Assembly (NCBI GenBank): GCA_963804645.1
Contig: CAWDRG010000001.1
Coordinates: 128,696-192,695, forward strand
Source: an uncultured Bacillota bacterium
Lineage (GTDB): Bacteria > Sysuimicrobiota > Sysuimicrobiia > Sysuimicrobiales > Segetimicrobiaceae
Direction of reading: 5' to 3'
Length of the DNA stretch: 64,000 nt
The notes beneath the pieces are model-generated. The model searched no databases, was not told the DNA's origin, and saw nothing but the letters and a program-made list of their open reading frames with translations. This document shows positions 39,733-48,758 of the stretch, piece by piece. Made by a program: the position numbers and the translations under genes. Each line of letters begins with the position of its first letter. Position 1 is the first letter of the stretch.

Positions 39733-41193
39733 TTAGGATGTATCGAAGCGGATTTGGATGGCCGGTCTCGGCTCGTCGGGAAGGACGTGGTGGCGGAGCG
39801 CCTCGAGGAGCCGGCGGGCGATGTTCTTGAGACTGCCAAAGAGGGCCACCGGCGTTTTGCCGTGCCGCTGGGCCAAGCGCCGGAGCAAACTCCCGCGCTC
39901 CAGCAGTTGCAGCATCATATGCGCGATCTGGAGGAGATAGTAGTAGGCCTTGATCAATTCCGGATCGGTGCTGTAGGCGTGCTCCAGGTTGAGCTCGCTG
40001 TTTTTTTGCACATTGAACCCGGCCTCAATCGTCCAGCGGCGTCGCCCTCCTTTCGTCGCAATCTCCACCACCGTGTCCCGGCTCACCGGGAGGTTCGTCA
40101 TCCACACGAAGGTCGTCGTCGTCGCCTTCACCGTCTCCTCGCACCGCAGGGCGTTGAACCCATACGCGCTGCGCCCGGTCCCATCGTCCGACGACATCCC
40201 TGTCGCCCAGCGGTACACTTGCTGCGTCCCGTCGGGGAGGGTCAGCCGCAGGACATTCTCCGGGCACAACGCCATCACGGCCTGAAACTCGGCCCAGGCC
40301 GTCGGCGCGTTCCCCGCCTTGAAGGTAAACACATAGCTCCACCCCTGGGCTTCGACCAATCGGACCGCCGGCGCGCACGCATACAGCGCATCGCTCGTCA
40401 CACAGAAGGCCATCTGGGGATACGCTTGCCGCAGGGCCGGCACCAGGCGGCGGAATGCCGCCAGCTCGCAGTCCTGCTTCCACGCCGCGGGATCCCGGCC
40501 CACCGGCGACGGACGATCGGCGTTCTCAATAAAGGCCGTCCCGAGGGACAGCCCGAGGCCGCCGGGCCCGAGGAGTTTCGCCTCTTCGACCATGTGCAGA
40601 TACGCGTCGTAGGCGGGATGCTGCCGCACCAAACACTGGGGACAGTGCCGCCGCCGAAAGTGCAGATGCCCCGTCCCGTCGATCGCGACGACGACGCGGC
40701 CGAGCAGGCGCGCGCCATCCAACACCTTCATCCGAATCAGGCGGCGCACCATCTGGGTCCGCAGCGCCGCCAGCGGCGCACTCCCCAGATGGTGCAAGAA
40801 GTGGTCCAACGTGTCGTGCACCGGCAAGGTCGCGTGCTGCGTCCCGGCGAGCCGGTTCACATTGCGGAGCACCTGCGTCGCCGGATCGCGCAAGTCAAAG
40901 TCCAACTGGCGCCGACTGCCCAGTTTACAGCAGAAGAGCAAGAGCCCCCACCAGGCGAGAAACTCGGGGTCGTACTCGATGAACGGCTGATGGCGCGTGT
41001 CCGGCAGCGCGGCCAGCCACTGGTTCAACGCCGGCCAGAAGTGCTGGATCGTGTGGTGGAATGTCTGCCCGAGGGCGCTTAGGCCCGGCCGGCCCGCCGC
41101 TTCCGCGCCGTCACGTGCCCGCGGATCTGGGCCAGCGTGAGTTGCGTGATCTCCTGCGTCAATTGGCGCAGCCGGCGGTGCTCCGCGACCCAC
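39733..41193 (-). CDS. DDE transposase (DDE_Tnp_1-like)
   Basis: AIDGT, TSDALY, RRWTIEAGF..K; GTG start preceded by GAGGAGGT lies inside the upstream ORF, start uncertain. Confidence 0.85.
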   Translation of the reverse strand: MGRGAPPAAPIDAGDHATHAGPDPRARDGAEAAGRPGLSALGQTFHHTIQHFWPALNQWLAALPDTRHQPFIEYDPEFLAWWGLLLFCCKLGSRRQLDFDLRDPATQVLRNVNRLAGTQHATLPVHDTLDHFLHHLGSAPLAALRTQMVRRLIRMKVLDGARLLGRVVVAIDGTGHLHFRRRHCPQCLVRQHPAYDAYLHMVEEAKLLGPGGLGLSLGTAFIENADRPSPVGRDPAAWKQDCELAAFRRLVPALRQAYPQMAFCVTSDALYACAPAVRLVEAQGWSYVFTFKAGNAPTAWAEFQAVMALCPENVLRLTLPDGTQQVYRWATGMSSDDGTGRSAYGFNALRCEETVKATTTTFVWMTNLPVSRDTVVEIATKGGRRRWTIEAGFNVQKNSELNLEHAYSTDPELIKAYYYLLQIAHMMLQLLERGSLLRRLAQRHGKTPVALFGSLKNIARRLLEALRHHVLPDEPRPAIQIRFDTS

Positions 41194-41432
41194 CCCCGGA
41201 CCTCCTCGACGAGGTCGACCGGCACGTACACCATCCGCGTCTTGCCCGCTACTTTGTACGACAGGTAATGGCCCACGTGCAGCGCGCCCTGCGTACAGTG
41301 GCAGCCCGGCCGCCCGCAGCGGCGCGCGATCTTCACTAAACTGGCCGCCAGCACCGGCCCCTGCGCCGCCAACTGCTGCACGCGGGCGTCCAATTGCCGC
41401 CGGATGAGGGTCGGGTGGGTGGGAATCCGCAT
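41079..41432 (-). CDS. Small Cys-rich IS passenger protein (DUF6788-like)
   Basis: RRCGRPGCHC..H..YLS..GKTRMVYVP followed by a helical tail; lies inside the IS ends. Confidence 0.8.
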   Translation of the reverse strand: MRIPTHPTLIRRQLDARVQQLAAQGPVLAASLVKIARRCGRPGCHCTQGALHVGHYLSYKVAGKTRMVYVPVDLVEEVRGWVAEHRRLRQLTQEITQLTLAQIRGHVTARKRRAGRA

Positions 41433-41755
41433 CGGCCTTCCCTTCGACACCCGTCTCGGGTCATCCGCTGGGCGCCAGGCTTTGGTGACTGAAATGCCTT
41501 AGTACTATTCAGTTATCTCCCCCCAAAATCCTGCTGCGAAGAAAAAATTATGGGGGGCCGACCCGCGTTCGGTCAAAAACCCACAGGACCCCTGCGACAA
41601 ACGGCTCGCCGAAAGGACTGTGGTGCGAGAAATTGCCTATTCTTTAGGGCTGACGGAGACCGCCGTCCCGCCGCGACGCCGGTGTGTTTATCCGGTGAGA
41701 CAACTCGCTGGTTCCCCCGTCTTTAAGAGACAGTAGAGGTGCGTGACCGCCCATC

Positions 41756-43108
41756 GTGCGAAACGTCATCGTCTCCCTGGCGCTGAGTGCTGCGCTTGCC
41801 GTGTCGCTGACCGCGACGCGCGGGCAGGCGGCGGCTCCGCTGTCCGTGCGCCTGTCCAGCCCGCAGGGCGCCGGGCCGGGACGCGTGCGGGTCGACGCGA
41901 CGATCGCCGGGCTCGACCCGGACCTCCACCCCACCATTCAGCAATCCATCGTGCTGGGCCTCCGCACGCGGCAGGGCAAGCCGTTTCCCGTCATCGGGCC
42001 GCGGATGCCCTACGTGGTGGATCTCCCCGCCGGCGCGGTCCGTGTCGGCGGGGTCGTCGTCGACGAGTTTGCCCCGCTCCCGCCGCTCGAGGACAACACG
42101 TCCATCTCGTTTGCGGTGACCGTCCGGCAGGGCGGCGAGGTCGCCACCGCCACCGTGACGGATCTCCTCCTGCTGCCCACCGTCATCGTCCCCGGGTATC
42201 TCAACGACTTTTGGGGCGGCAAGGTCGATGTCGGCGCGGTCACCGCGCTGGAAGCGCGCGGCTTCCGCACCACCGGCCCCTCGCCCACCCTGTTCTGGTT
42301 CGGCTACCCCTCGCGGACCCTCTCGCTCAACGCCGCCGCGCAAGAGTTGGCGGCGTACGTGCGCACGACCGTGCTGCCGGCGACCTACGCCACGCGAATC
42401 AACCTGGTCACGTTCAGCCTTGGAGGTCTCGTGGCGCGGTGGAACATGGCGTCTCAGCCCGGATGGGACCGTCTCGTCAACCGGTTCGTAATGATCGCCG
42501 TACCGAACGAGGGGTCGGTCCTCTCCTACGTGGACGGATGGTACCCGCTCGGCGGGCTGGCCCGCACGCCCGCGGCGCGCACCCTGCTGCCGACGTTCCC
42601 GTTCTGGCGTTCGAATCCGAGCGCGGAGTGGACCACCCCGCCCGGGTCCGCCAACACGGTGCTGAACGAGCTGAACACGCACCCGCTCCCCGCGTCGGTC
42701 CGTGCCTACGTCTTCTACGGGGACTTCCCGCAGCGCGGAGCGGCGCCGGGCACCCTGGTCGGCGTTACCGGCGCGCTGCCGCAGGCGGACGTCTCGTACG
42801 GGCCAGGGGACGGGATCGTGCTCGCGGCGAGCGCACTCGGGCTCCCGATCAACGGCAGCCCGGGGGTCCCCGGGCTCGCGGAGCGCCTCGCGCTCAAGGT
42901 CGACCTCGGGCCGACCCATCACCAGTCGCTGTTCGCGGCATCGGGACCCCGGGTGGCCGACGCGCTGCTCGACCGGCGGATCGGCGACACGACCGACACG
43001 GTGGGGGCTCACGAGGTGCAGTCGCGGATCCCGACCGCGATCGACTCGCCTCAGGACGGCCCTGACGGCGGGTTCCTCGAGCCGGCGTTCCAAGAGGGAA
43101 ACCCCTAA
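41756..43108 (+). CDS. Secreted alpha/beta-hydrolase (lipase/acyltransferase-like)
   Basis: Signal peptide, IVPG oxyanion motif, TFSLGG nucleophile elbow, PNEGS, GDGIV, HH. Confidence 0.75.
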   Translation: MRNVIVSLALSAALAVSLTATRGQAAAPLSVRLSSPQGAGPGRVRVDATIAGLDPDLHPTIQQSIVLGLRTRQGKPFPVIGPRMPYVVDLPAGAVRVGGVVVDEFAPLPPLEDNTSISFAVTVRQGGEVATATVTDLLLLPTVIVPGYLNDFWGGKVDVGAVTALEARGFRTTGPSPTLFWFGYPSRTLSLNAAAQELAAYVRTTVLPATYATRINLVTFSLGGLVARWNMASQPGWDRLVNRFVMIAVPNEGSVLSYVDGWYPLGGLARTPAARTLLPTFPFWRSNPSAEWTTPPGSANTVLNELNTHPLPASVRAYVFYGDFPQRGAAPGTLVGVTGALPQADVSYGPGDGIVLAASALGLPINGSPGVPGLAERLALKVDLGPTHHQSLFAASGPRVADALLDRRIGDTTDTVGAHEVQSRIPTAIDSPQDGPDGGFLEPAFQEGNP

Positions 43109-43214
43109 CTCCACGGCGGCATGCGTGCCGCTCGGCGGTCCGCGGCGGACACGCATCCACAACCGGGTCACGAGCGGGACGGCACGCGTGCCGGCGTGAC
43201 GAACGCGCCGGCGG

Positions 43215-43628
43215 CTAGGCGAGCCCGAACAGCCTCCGTGGGATCCGGAATTTCGCGGAGCACGACGGCCGAAGGGCGGGGCGAATGGCCACGATGATTT
43301 CCGCGACGGAGTGATCTTTCGTCAGCAGCCCCTGCAGCCCCCGGCGCGTGACCTCGGCGGCGTCGAGCTCGCCCGCGTCGGCCGTCAAGATGTAGATGCG
43401 CGTGGCGGGGAGTTCACGCACGATGGAGCAGGCCGCCGAAAACCCGTCCAGGCCGGGCATGCGCAGGTCCATCAGGATGATGTCCGGACGAAGGTCCCGT
43501 GCGAGCGTGATCGCCTCCCGGCCGTCGCCGGCCTCGCCGACCACCTCGAACCCCTCTTGGAGCTCGAGCAGCCGTCGGAGCCGGCCCCGGCTTTCCGCGT
43601 TGTCGTCGACCAGCACGATTCGTGTCAT
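43215..43628 (-). CDS. Single-domain response regulator (NarL-like receiver)
   Basis: IVLVDD, VVGEAGDG, LMDLRMPGLDG, LTK; no output domain. Confidence 0.85.
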   Translation of the reverse strand: MTRIVLVDDNAESRGRLRRLLELQEGFEVVGEAGDGREAITLARDLRPDIILMDLRMPGLDGFSAACSIVRELPATRIYILTADAGELDAAEVTRRGLQGLLTKDHSVAEIIVAIRPALRPSCSAKFRIPRRLFGLA

Positions 43629-43887
43629 CTGATCCCATCCGCGCACCGCTCGATGCTGTTCGCGGTCCGGGGGCGCCGCCTGGAGAAACGTCGCGGCCGA
43701 GGCCCCGCACTCACTGTACGCCCGCCGGTACGGTCCCGCCATCGGACCTTCGTCGACGCTGGGAAAAAAGGACTACGCGGGCGCACGCCTAGGCACGCGG
43801 GCGCGCGGAGCGTCCGCCACGGTAGGAACCGTCGCGGTCCGCGACAAAAGAGGCGGTATCTGCACAATTCGACGGAGGTGCTCGAGC

Positions 43888-44439
43888 GTGTCCAACCCGA
43901 TTGAACGGTGCGTGTCATGGTTGCGGGGGGCCCGCCGCATCGCGGCGCTCGGCCTGCTGGCCGGGGCCGTTGCCCTGCCCGCGGGAACGCCCGCACACGC
44001 GGCCGGCCACACAGTTGAGATGAACATGACGGTCCAAGCCAGCGCGAACGCCGGCTACAACTACAACGGCTACGGCAAAGGCGCGATGACGGTCACGGTG
44101 CCGGCCGGCTGGCAGGTCATCGTCCACTTCACCAACAACGGCGACCTCGCCCACAGCCTCATCGTGCTGCCGTTCACCGCAGCACCGCCGGCGGTCCCCA
44201 CCGCCACCCCGGTGTTTCCCGGCGCCGTAACCCACGACGTCCAGACCGGGCTGCCGGTGAAGGCCACGGCCACGGTGACGTTTACGGCGGGGAACGCCGG
44301 GATCTACGAGTTCGTCTGCGGCGTGCCGGCGCACGCGGTCCTGGGCATGTGGGACAAGCTCGTCGTCTCGACATCGGCCGCGGCCCCGAGCGTGACCCCC
44401 GCCGCGGCCTCGGCCGCCGTCGCGTTCAAAGTGCACTAG
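43888..44439 (+). CDS. Sulfocyanin-like blue copper protein
   Basis: Signal peptide, NYNGY..G, VPAGW, H(SL) and C-GVPA-H-AVLG-M type-1 copper ligands. Confidence 0.82.
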   Translation: MSNPIERCVSWLRGARRIAALGLLAGAVALPAGTPAHAAGHTVEMNMTVQASANAGYNYNGYGKGAMTVTVPAGWQVIVHFTNNGDLAHSLIVLPFTAAPPAVPTATPVFPGAVTHDVQTGLPVKATATVTFTAGNAGIYEFVCGVPAHAVLGMWDKLVVSTSAAAPSVTPAAASAAVAFKVH

Positions 44440-44497
44440 GCGGGCGGGGCGCGGGCCGCGGGCGCTCGAGGGAGCCGCCCCGGGCCGGCGTGATGGG

Positions 44498-45283
44498 CTA
44501 GCGCACCAACAGCCCGACGCCGATGGCCGCGAGCAGCAGCGCAAGCAGACGGACGAGCCCGCTCCCGCTGATTGATCGCGACAGATGCGCGCCCACCTGG
44601 GCCGCGATGATGGCCCCGAACGCCGTCGGAGCGGCGACCGGCCAGAGCACGGCCCCCTCACGGGCAAATTCGAACACGCCCGCCAGCGAATAGACGCCGA
44701 GTGAAAAAATCGAGGTCGCCGTCGCGACGTGCGGGGGCACGCCGTACAGATAGACCAGCATCGGCACGATCAGCCACCCGGCGCCGATCCCGAAGAACCC
44801 GCTGATCACGCCGAGCCCCAGGCCGAGGGCCATCAGGGTGACATTCAACGGCCGCTGAGGGACGGCGCGGGGCTCCGCGGCGACGGGCGCGGCCGGCGGC
44901 GGGCGCCGGGGCACGGGGCGCACGGCGAGATACGTCGCCAACGCCACGAGCAGCGCGCCGAACAGCGCGTGGAAGATCCCGGGTGACACGACGCGCGTTA
45001 GGGTCGCGCCGACGAACGTCCCCGGCGCGGCCGGCAGCGACAGCTGCAGCCCCGTACGGAAGTCGATTCGTCGCTGCCGGGCGTACCCGATCGTCCCCGA
45101 GACGGCGTTGAGGAACACGATCGTCAAGGAAGTCCCCGCGGCCACGGTGGGACGCAGGTGCAGCAGCAGAAGCAGGAGCGGCGCGATGATAAAGCCGCCC
45201 CCTGCGCCCACGATCACCCCGTAGCCTCCGGCCACCGCCCCCAGCAGCACGAAGAGCACCCAGACCGCCGGCCCGAGCGTCAT
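44498..45283 (-). CDS. TauE/SafE-family (sulfite exporter) membrane protein
   Basis: GAGGGFIIAP, AAGTS, GFFGIGAGWLIVP, ATATS internal repeat. Confidence 0.88.
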   Translation of the reverse strand: MTLGPAVWVLFVLLGAVAGGYGVIVGAGGGFIIAPLLLLLLHLRPTVAAGTSLTIVFLNAVSGTIGYARQRRIDFRTGLQLSLPAAPGTFVGATLTRVVSPGIFHALFGALLVALATYLAVRPVPRRPPPAAPVAAEPRAVPQRPLNVTLMALGLGLGVISGFFGIGAGWLIVPMLVYLYGVPPHVATATSIFSLGVYSLAGVFEFAREGAVLWPVAAPTAFGAIIAAQVGAHLSRSISGSGLVRLLALLLAAIGVGLLVR

Positions 45284-45821
45284 TGGGGCCGCGCCCCGCT
45301 GCGGGCCGCGTCCGAGACGGCCGCACACGGCACCGCCCCGAGGGCCAACTCTGGACCGAGGCCGGCGGCCGGGCGATCCGGCGCCGCGTGCAGAGTGCGC
45401 GACCCGGGCGCGGACCCCGAGGATCCGTCCAGACGCGCCGCCGGCGGGGTCAGCGCGTGCCGAACCCGCCGGTCGTTGGAATCGTCGAGCGCCAAATTGA
45501 TCAATCGGCCATGTCTGCCGGTACCCCTGGTAGACGGCCGCGCCGGCCGCCACATGGAAGGCCCGGCGCGGCCGTCAGCACGGCTCGCGTCACCTCGACA
45601 CAGTTCCCGGTGACACTGCCACGTCACGAAGTTCGCCGCGTCCTGCGGTGCGCTCCTGCCGCCCACGCGCGGTGTACGTCGAGCCCGTCAGGCGCGGACT
45701 CGGCGCTGGATCGGGTGGGTCGGGTGCACGCTGTCCACACGTCACGAGGATGCCGCGCTAGACCCTCAACATCGCTCCGGCACCAACGATCGCGGCTCCC
45801 CGCCGCGCCGAGCCTGCTCCG

Positions 45822-46391
45822 TTACATCGCGCGGTCGACCGTGGCGTCCGCAGACAGCTCCGCGGCGCCCGGGTGGCGCCGCTGCCGATACGCATGCACG
45901 AGATACGCAAGAATCAGCAGGTTGACGGGGGTTGTGACCCACTCGAGTCCGCGATGATAGTGCACCAGTCTCCAGATATTGACCGGAAGGAATACGGCGG
46001 TTTCCACAATGACAAGCAGTTCACCCCAGGCGGCTTGCAGCCATACACCGACGGTTTCGGCCGCAAACAGAAGGGTCCAGAACACCAGCCCGATGCCAAT
46101 GATCAGCGCCACGTCGGGGGAGACCGCGGGGACCCGCAGAGCAAGCCAGTGCACGAATTGCTGATGCGGACCTCTGACCAGGTGACGCGACAACAACATC
46201 TCGACCGGATTCAAGCCCGGTCGCGTGCGAACAAAGAACGCCAGGACCGCGCCGGCGGCCAACAAGACCGTGCTCACGGCCTTCTCCAAGGCGATCAGGA
46301 ACACTTGCCACGGCCGGCCAGCAACCGTCAGGGCGCGGGCGGGCGATACGTCGGTGTGGCGATCCGCGTGCTCGCGGGCGTTCGGACTCAT
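45822..46391 (-). CDS. DUF2127-like membrane protein
   Basis: LIALEK, ETVGVW..WGE, FLP, NLLILAYL. Confidence 0.7.
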   Translation of the reverse strand: MSPNAREHADRHTDVSPARALTVAGRPWQVFLIALEKAVSTVLLAAGAVLAFFVRTRPGLNPVEMLLSRHLVRGPHQQFVHWLALRVPAVSPDVALIIGIGLVFWTLLFAAETVGVWLQAAWGELLVIVETAVFLPVNIWRLVHYHRGLEWVTTPVNLLILAYLVHAYRQRRHPGAAELSADATVDRAM

Positions 46392-46624
46392 CGTAAGATC
46401 CTCGATTCCACCGTCTGTTGGCGAATCCCTGGGGCACGGAATCCGGGGACCGCACCGTTACCCATCCCGGCCGCCGCGAAACGCGTCGGTGTGTCGGACC
46501 GCCGATACGGCGGCGTGCGCGACCATGCGAACACGCCGCCAAGAGGACCCTGAGCGCCTCACCGAGAACCCTGGCCGCGGTTCCGTGGTCCCACCTCGGA
46601 GCACCGGTCGGAGGGAGTGGCTTC

Positions 46625-47470
46625 ATGGAACGGCGCATCTTTGGATCCATGCGGCGCGAGGTCCCGGTGATCGGTCAGGGGACCTGGAACATCGACGATG
46701 GAGACCGCGCTGCTGCGATCGCGGCCTTGCGCCGCGGCCTCGATCTCGGCATGACGCACATCGACACCGCGGAGATGTACGGATCCGGCGCCGCCGAACA
46801 ACTGGCCGCGGAAGCCGTCGGCATGCGCCGCGACGCGGTCTTCCTCGTCTCCAAGGTCCTCCCCCAGCACGCCTCTCGGCGTGGCACCGTGTCCGCCTGC
46901 GAAAAGTCGCTGGCGCGCCTCCGCACCGACCGGCTGGACGTCTATCTCCTGCACTGGCGCGGCAGTATCCCGCTGGAGGAAACGGTCGCCGCGTTCGAGC
47001 AACTCCGGCACGACGGCAAGATCCTCGCCTGGGGCGTCAGCAACTTCGATGTGCCAGATCTGGAGGAGCTGCGAGCGATCCCTGGTGGGGACCGCTGCGT
47101 CTGCAATCAGGTGCTCTACCACTTGAACGAGCGCGCGATCGAGCATGCCGTGCTTCCGTGGTGCGACCAGCACCGCGTGGCCGTCGTCGCCTACAGCCCG
47201 TTTGGGCAGAAGCCCCTACCCGGCCCGCGGACAGCGGGAGGACGCGTGCTTCACGAGATCGCCGCCGCGCACGGCGCGATGACGCATCAGGTCGCGCTTC
47301 GCTTCTTGATCCGACACCCTTCGGTGTTTGCCATCCCGAAAGCGTCGCGCCCGGAGCATACCGAGGACAATGCGGGGGCCGGCGATCTGCGGCTCACCAC
47401 GGACGACCTCGCCCGCATCGACGCCGCCTTCCCTCGAGGTCCTCGTCCTCGCTCGCTGCCCATGCTGTAA
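46625..47470 (+). CDS. Aldo/keto reductase
   Basis: GQGTW, IDTAEMYG, LVSK, DVYLLHW, GVSNF, AYSP, IPK. Confidence 0.95.
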   Translation: MERRIFGSMRREVPVIGQGTWNIDDGDRAAAIAALRRGLDLGMTHIDTAEMYGSGAAEQLAAEAVGMRRDAVFLVSKVLPQHASRRGTVSACEKSLARLRTDRLDVYLLHWRGSIPLEETVAAFEQLRHDGKILAWGVSNFDVPDLEELRAIPGGDRCVCNQVLYHLNERAIEHAVLPWCDQHRVAVVAYSPFGQKPLPGPRTAGGRVLHEIAAAHGAMTHQVALRFLIRHPSVFAIPKASRPEHTEDNAGAGDLRLTTDDLARIDAAFPRGPRPRSLPML

Positions 47471-47600
47471 GCGACGGTCACTTCAAGGTGCTTCCGTAGC
47501 GGCTGCGCGTCGACCACGGTCGTCGCCCAATGGCGACGACCCCAGCTGATCGGAGACCTGCATCACGCCGCGATCATCGCGTTGGGGCATGCGCTCCGGC

Positions 47601-48713
47601 TCAGGCGAAGAACCGCGTGAGATGCTGGACAATGATCCACGCCGACGCCACGGACGACACCGCCGCGTACCCAGCCCACGCCCACCCGGGCCGCAGCCGC
47701 GTCCCGAGCACCGCGATCGCCGGGAATCCCGCCAGCAGCAGCCGCGGCCCCGAGGGGGTCCCGACCACGCACAGGGTCGCGACCACCACCACGCCGCTGA
47801 ACGCCGCGAGGCCGCGTTCGCCGTCCCGCCAGAGCAGCCAGCAGCCGACGCCCGAGATCGCCGCCGCGCCCCACTGCCGGGCGAGCCACGCCCACGGCGT
47901 CACCCTTGCGCCACCCGCACTCGACAGATGGAGGAACCACCACGCCTGCTGCCACGGCCAGCCGAAATGCACCCCCCACTGGAGCCGTTCCGCGAGGAAA
48001 TACGCGAACGGCGTCCTCGTATCGGCCCAGTGCCACGCGGCGATCTCGACGGCCGCGGCCGCGAGCGGAATCAGGAACCACACCCGCTTCTGCCACGACG
48101 CATTGGACACGAGCGCAAATGCCACCACCGCGGGGCCCGCCATGTAGCGCGTCGCCACCGCCGCCGCCATCAGCACCCCGGCGGCCAACGCGCCCGCTCC
48201 GTCCGACCATCGCGCCCGATAGGCGCTCAGCCCGAGCGCGGCGCACAGGACAAACAGGCTCTCGCTGTAGCCGACGGTGCTGAACGCGACCCACGTGGGA
48301 AACAGCGAGAAAAACAGCGCGGCGTTCCGCCCGAGGAGGGGTACGAGCGCCGCCCCGGCCGCCAGCCCCGCGAGATTGCTCACGACCACGGGCGAGAACC
48401 ACCCGGCCCCCACGAGCCGCAGCACCGCGGGGAACAGCGGCGCGTAGGCGTAGGCGCTCCCGTACGAGAGCCCCGGCATCACCAGATGGTAGCCGTATCG
48501 CGCGAGCGCCAGGAAGATCGTGGCATCCCACCGCAGCGAGAGCCGGGCCACAAACACCGGCACCGCCGAGATCGGCAGCCCGACCGCCGGGAACGCGATC
48601 GCGCACGCCACCACTTTGGCCGCGAGGGACACGAGGACCACGGTCCCCATGTCGGCCCAGACGCGGTCGAGCGGCGTGCCGGCTGCAGGCGACCAGAGCG
48701 ACCGCGCACCCAT
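47601..48713 (-). CDS. GT-C membrane glycosyltransferase (PIG-V mannosyltransferase-like)
   Basis: RWDA..F..LA..GY, PLFP, YSESLF, multiple TM helices. Confidence 0.75.
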   Translation of the reverse strand: MGARSLWSPAAGTPLDRVWADMGTVVLVSLAAKVVACAIAFPAVGLPISAVPVFVARLSLRWDATIFLALARYGYHLVMPGLSYGSAYAYAPLFPAVLRLVGAGWFSPVVVSNLAGLAAGAALVPLLGRNAALFFSLFPTWVAFSTVGYSESLFVLCAALGLSAYRARWSDGAGALAAGVLMAAAVATRYMAGPAVVAFALVSNASWQKRVWFLIPLAAAAVEIAAWHWADTRTPFAYFLAERLQWGVHFGWPWQQAWWFLHLSSAGGARVTPWAWLARQWGAAAISGVGCWLLWRDGERGLAAFSGVVVVATLCVVGTPSGPRLLLAGFPAIAVLGTRLRPGWAWAGYAAVSSVASAWIIVQHLTRFFA

Positions 48714-48758
48714 CCGATTCCTCCCTCCCCCGGAGACCCGCGAGTCGAGGGGACCGCC

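Larger units (their letters stand above)
39568..41652 (-). mobile_element. 2085-bp two-ORF insertion sequence (IS4-superfamily/ISAs1-like)
   Basis: 9-bp TSD ACGGAGACC at 39559-39567 and 41653-41661; 17-bp IRs CAGCGATGAGGAATAGG and CAGCCCTAAAGAATAGG (13/17). Confidence 0.92.

Noticed and set aside
45284..45820. Possible gene remnant or riboswitch upstream of the TauE gene
   Set aside because: No recognisable protein or RNA motif
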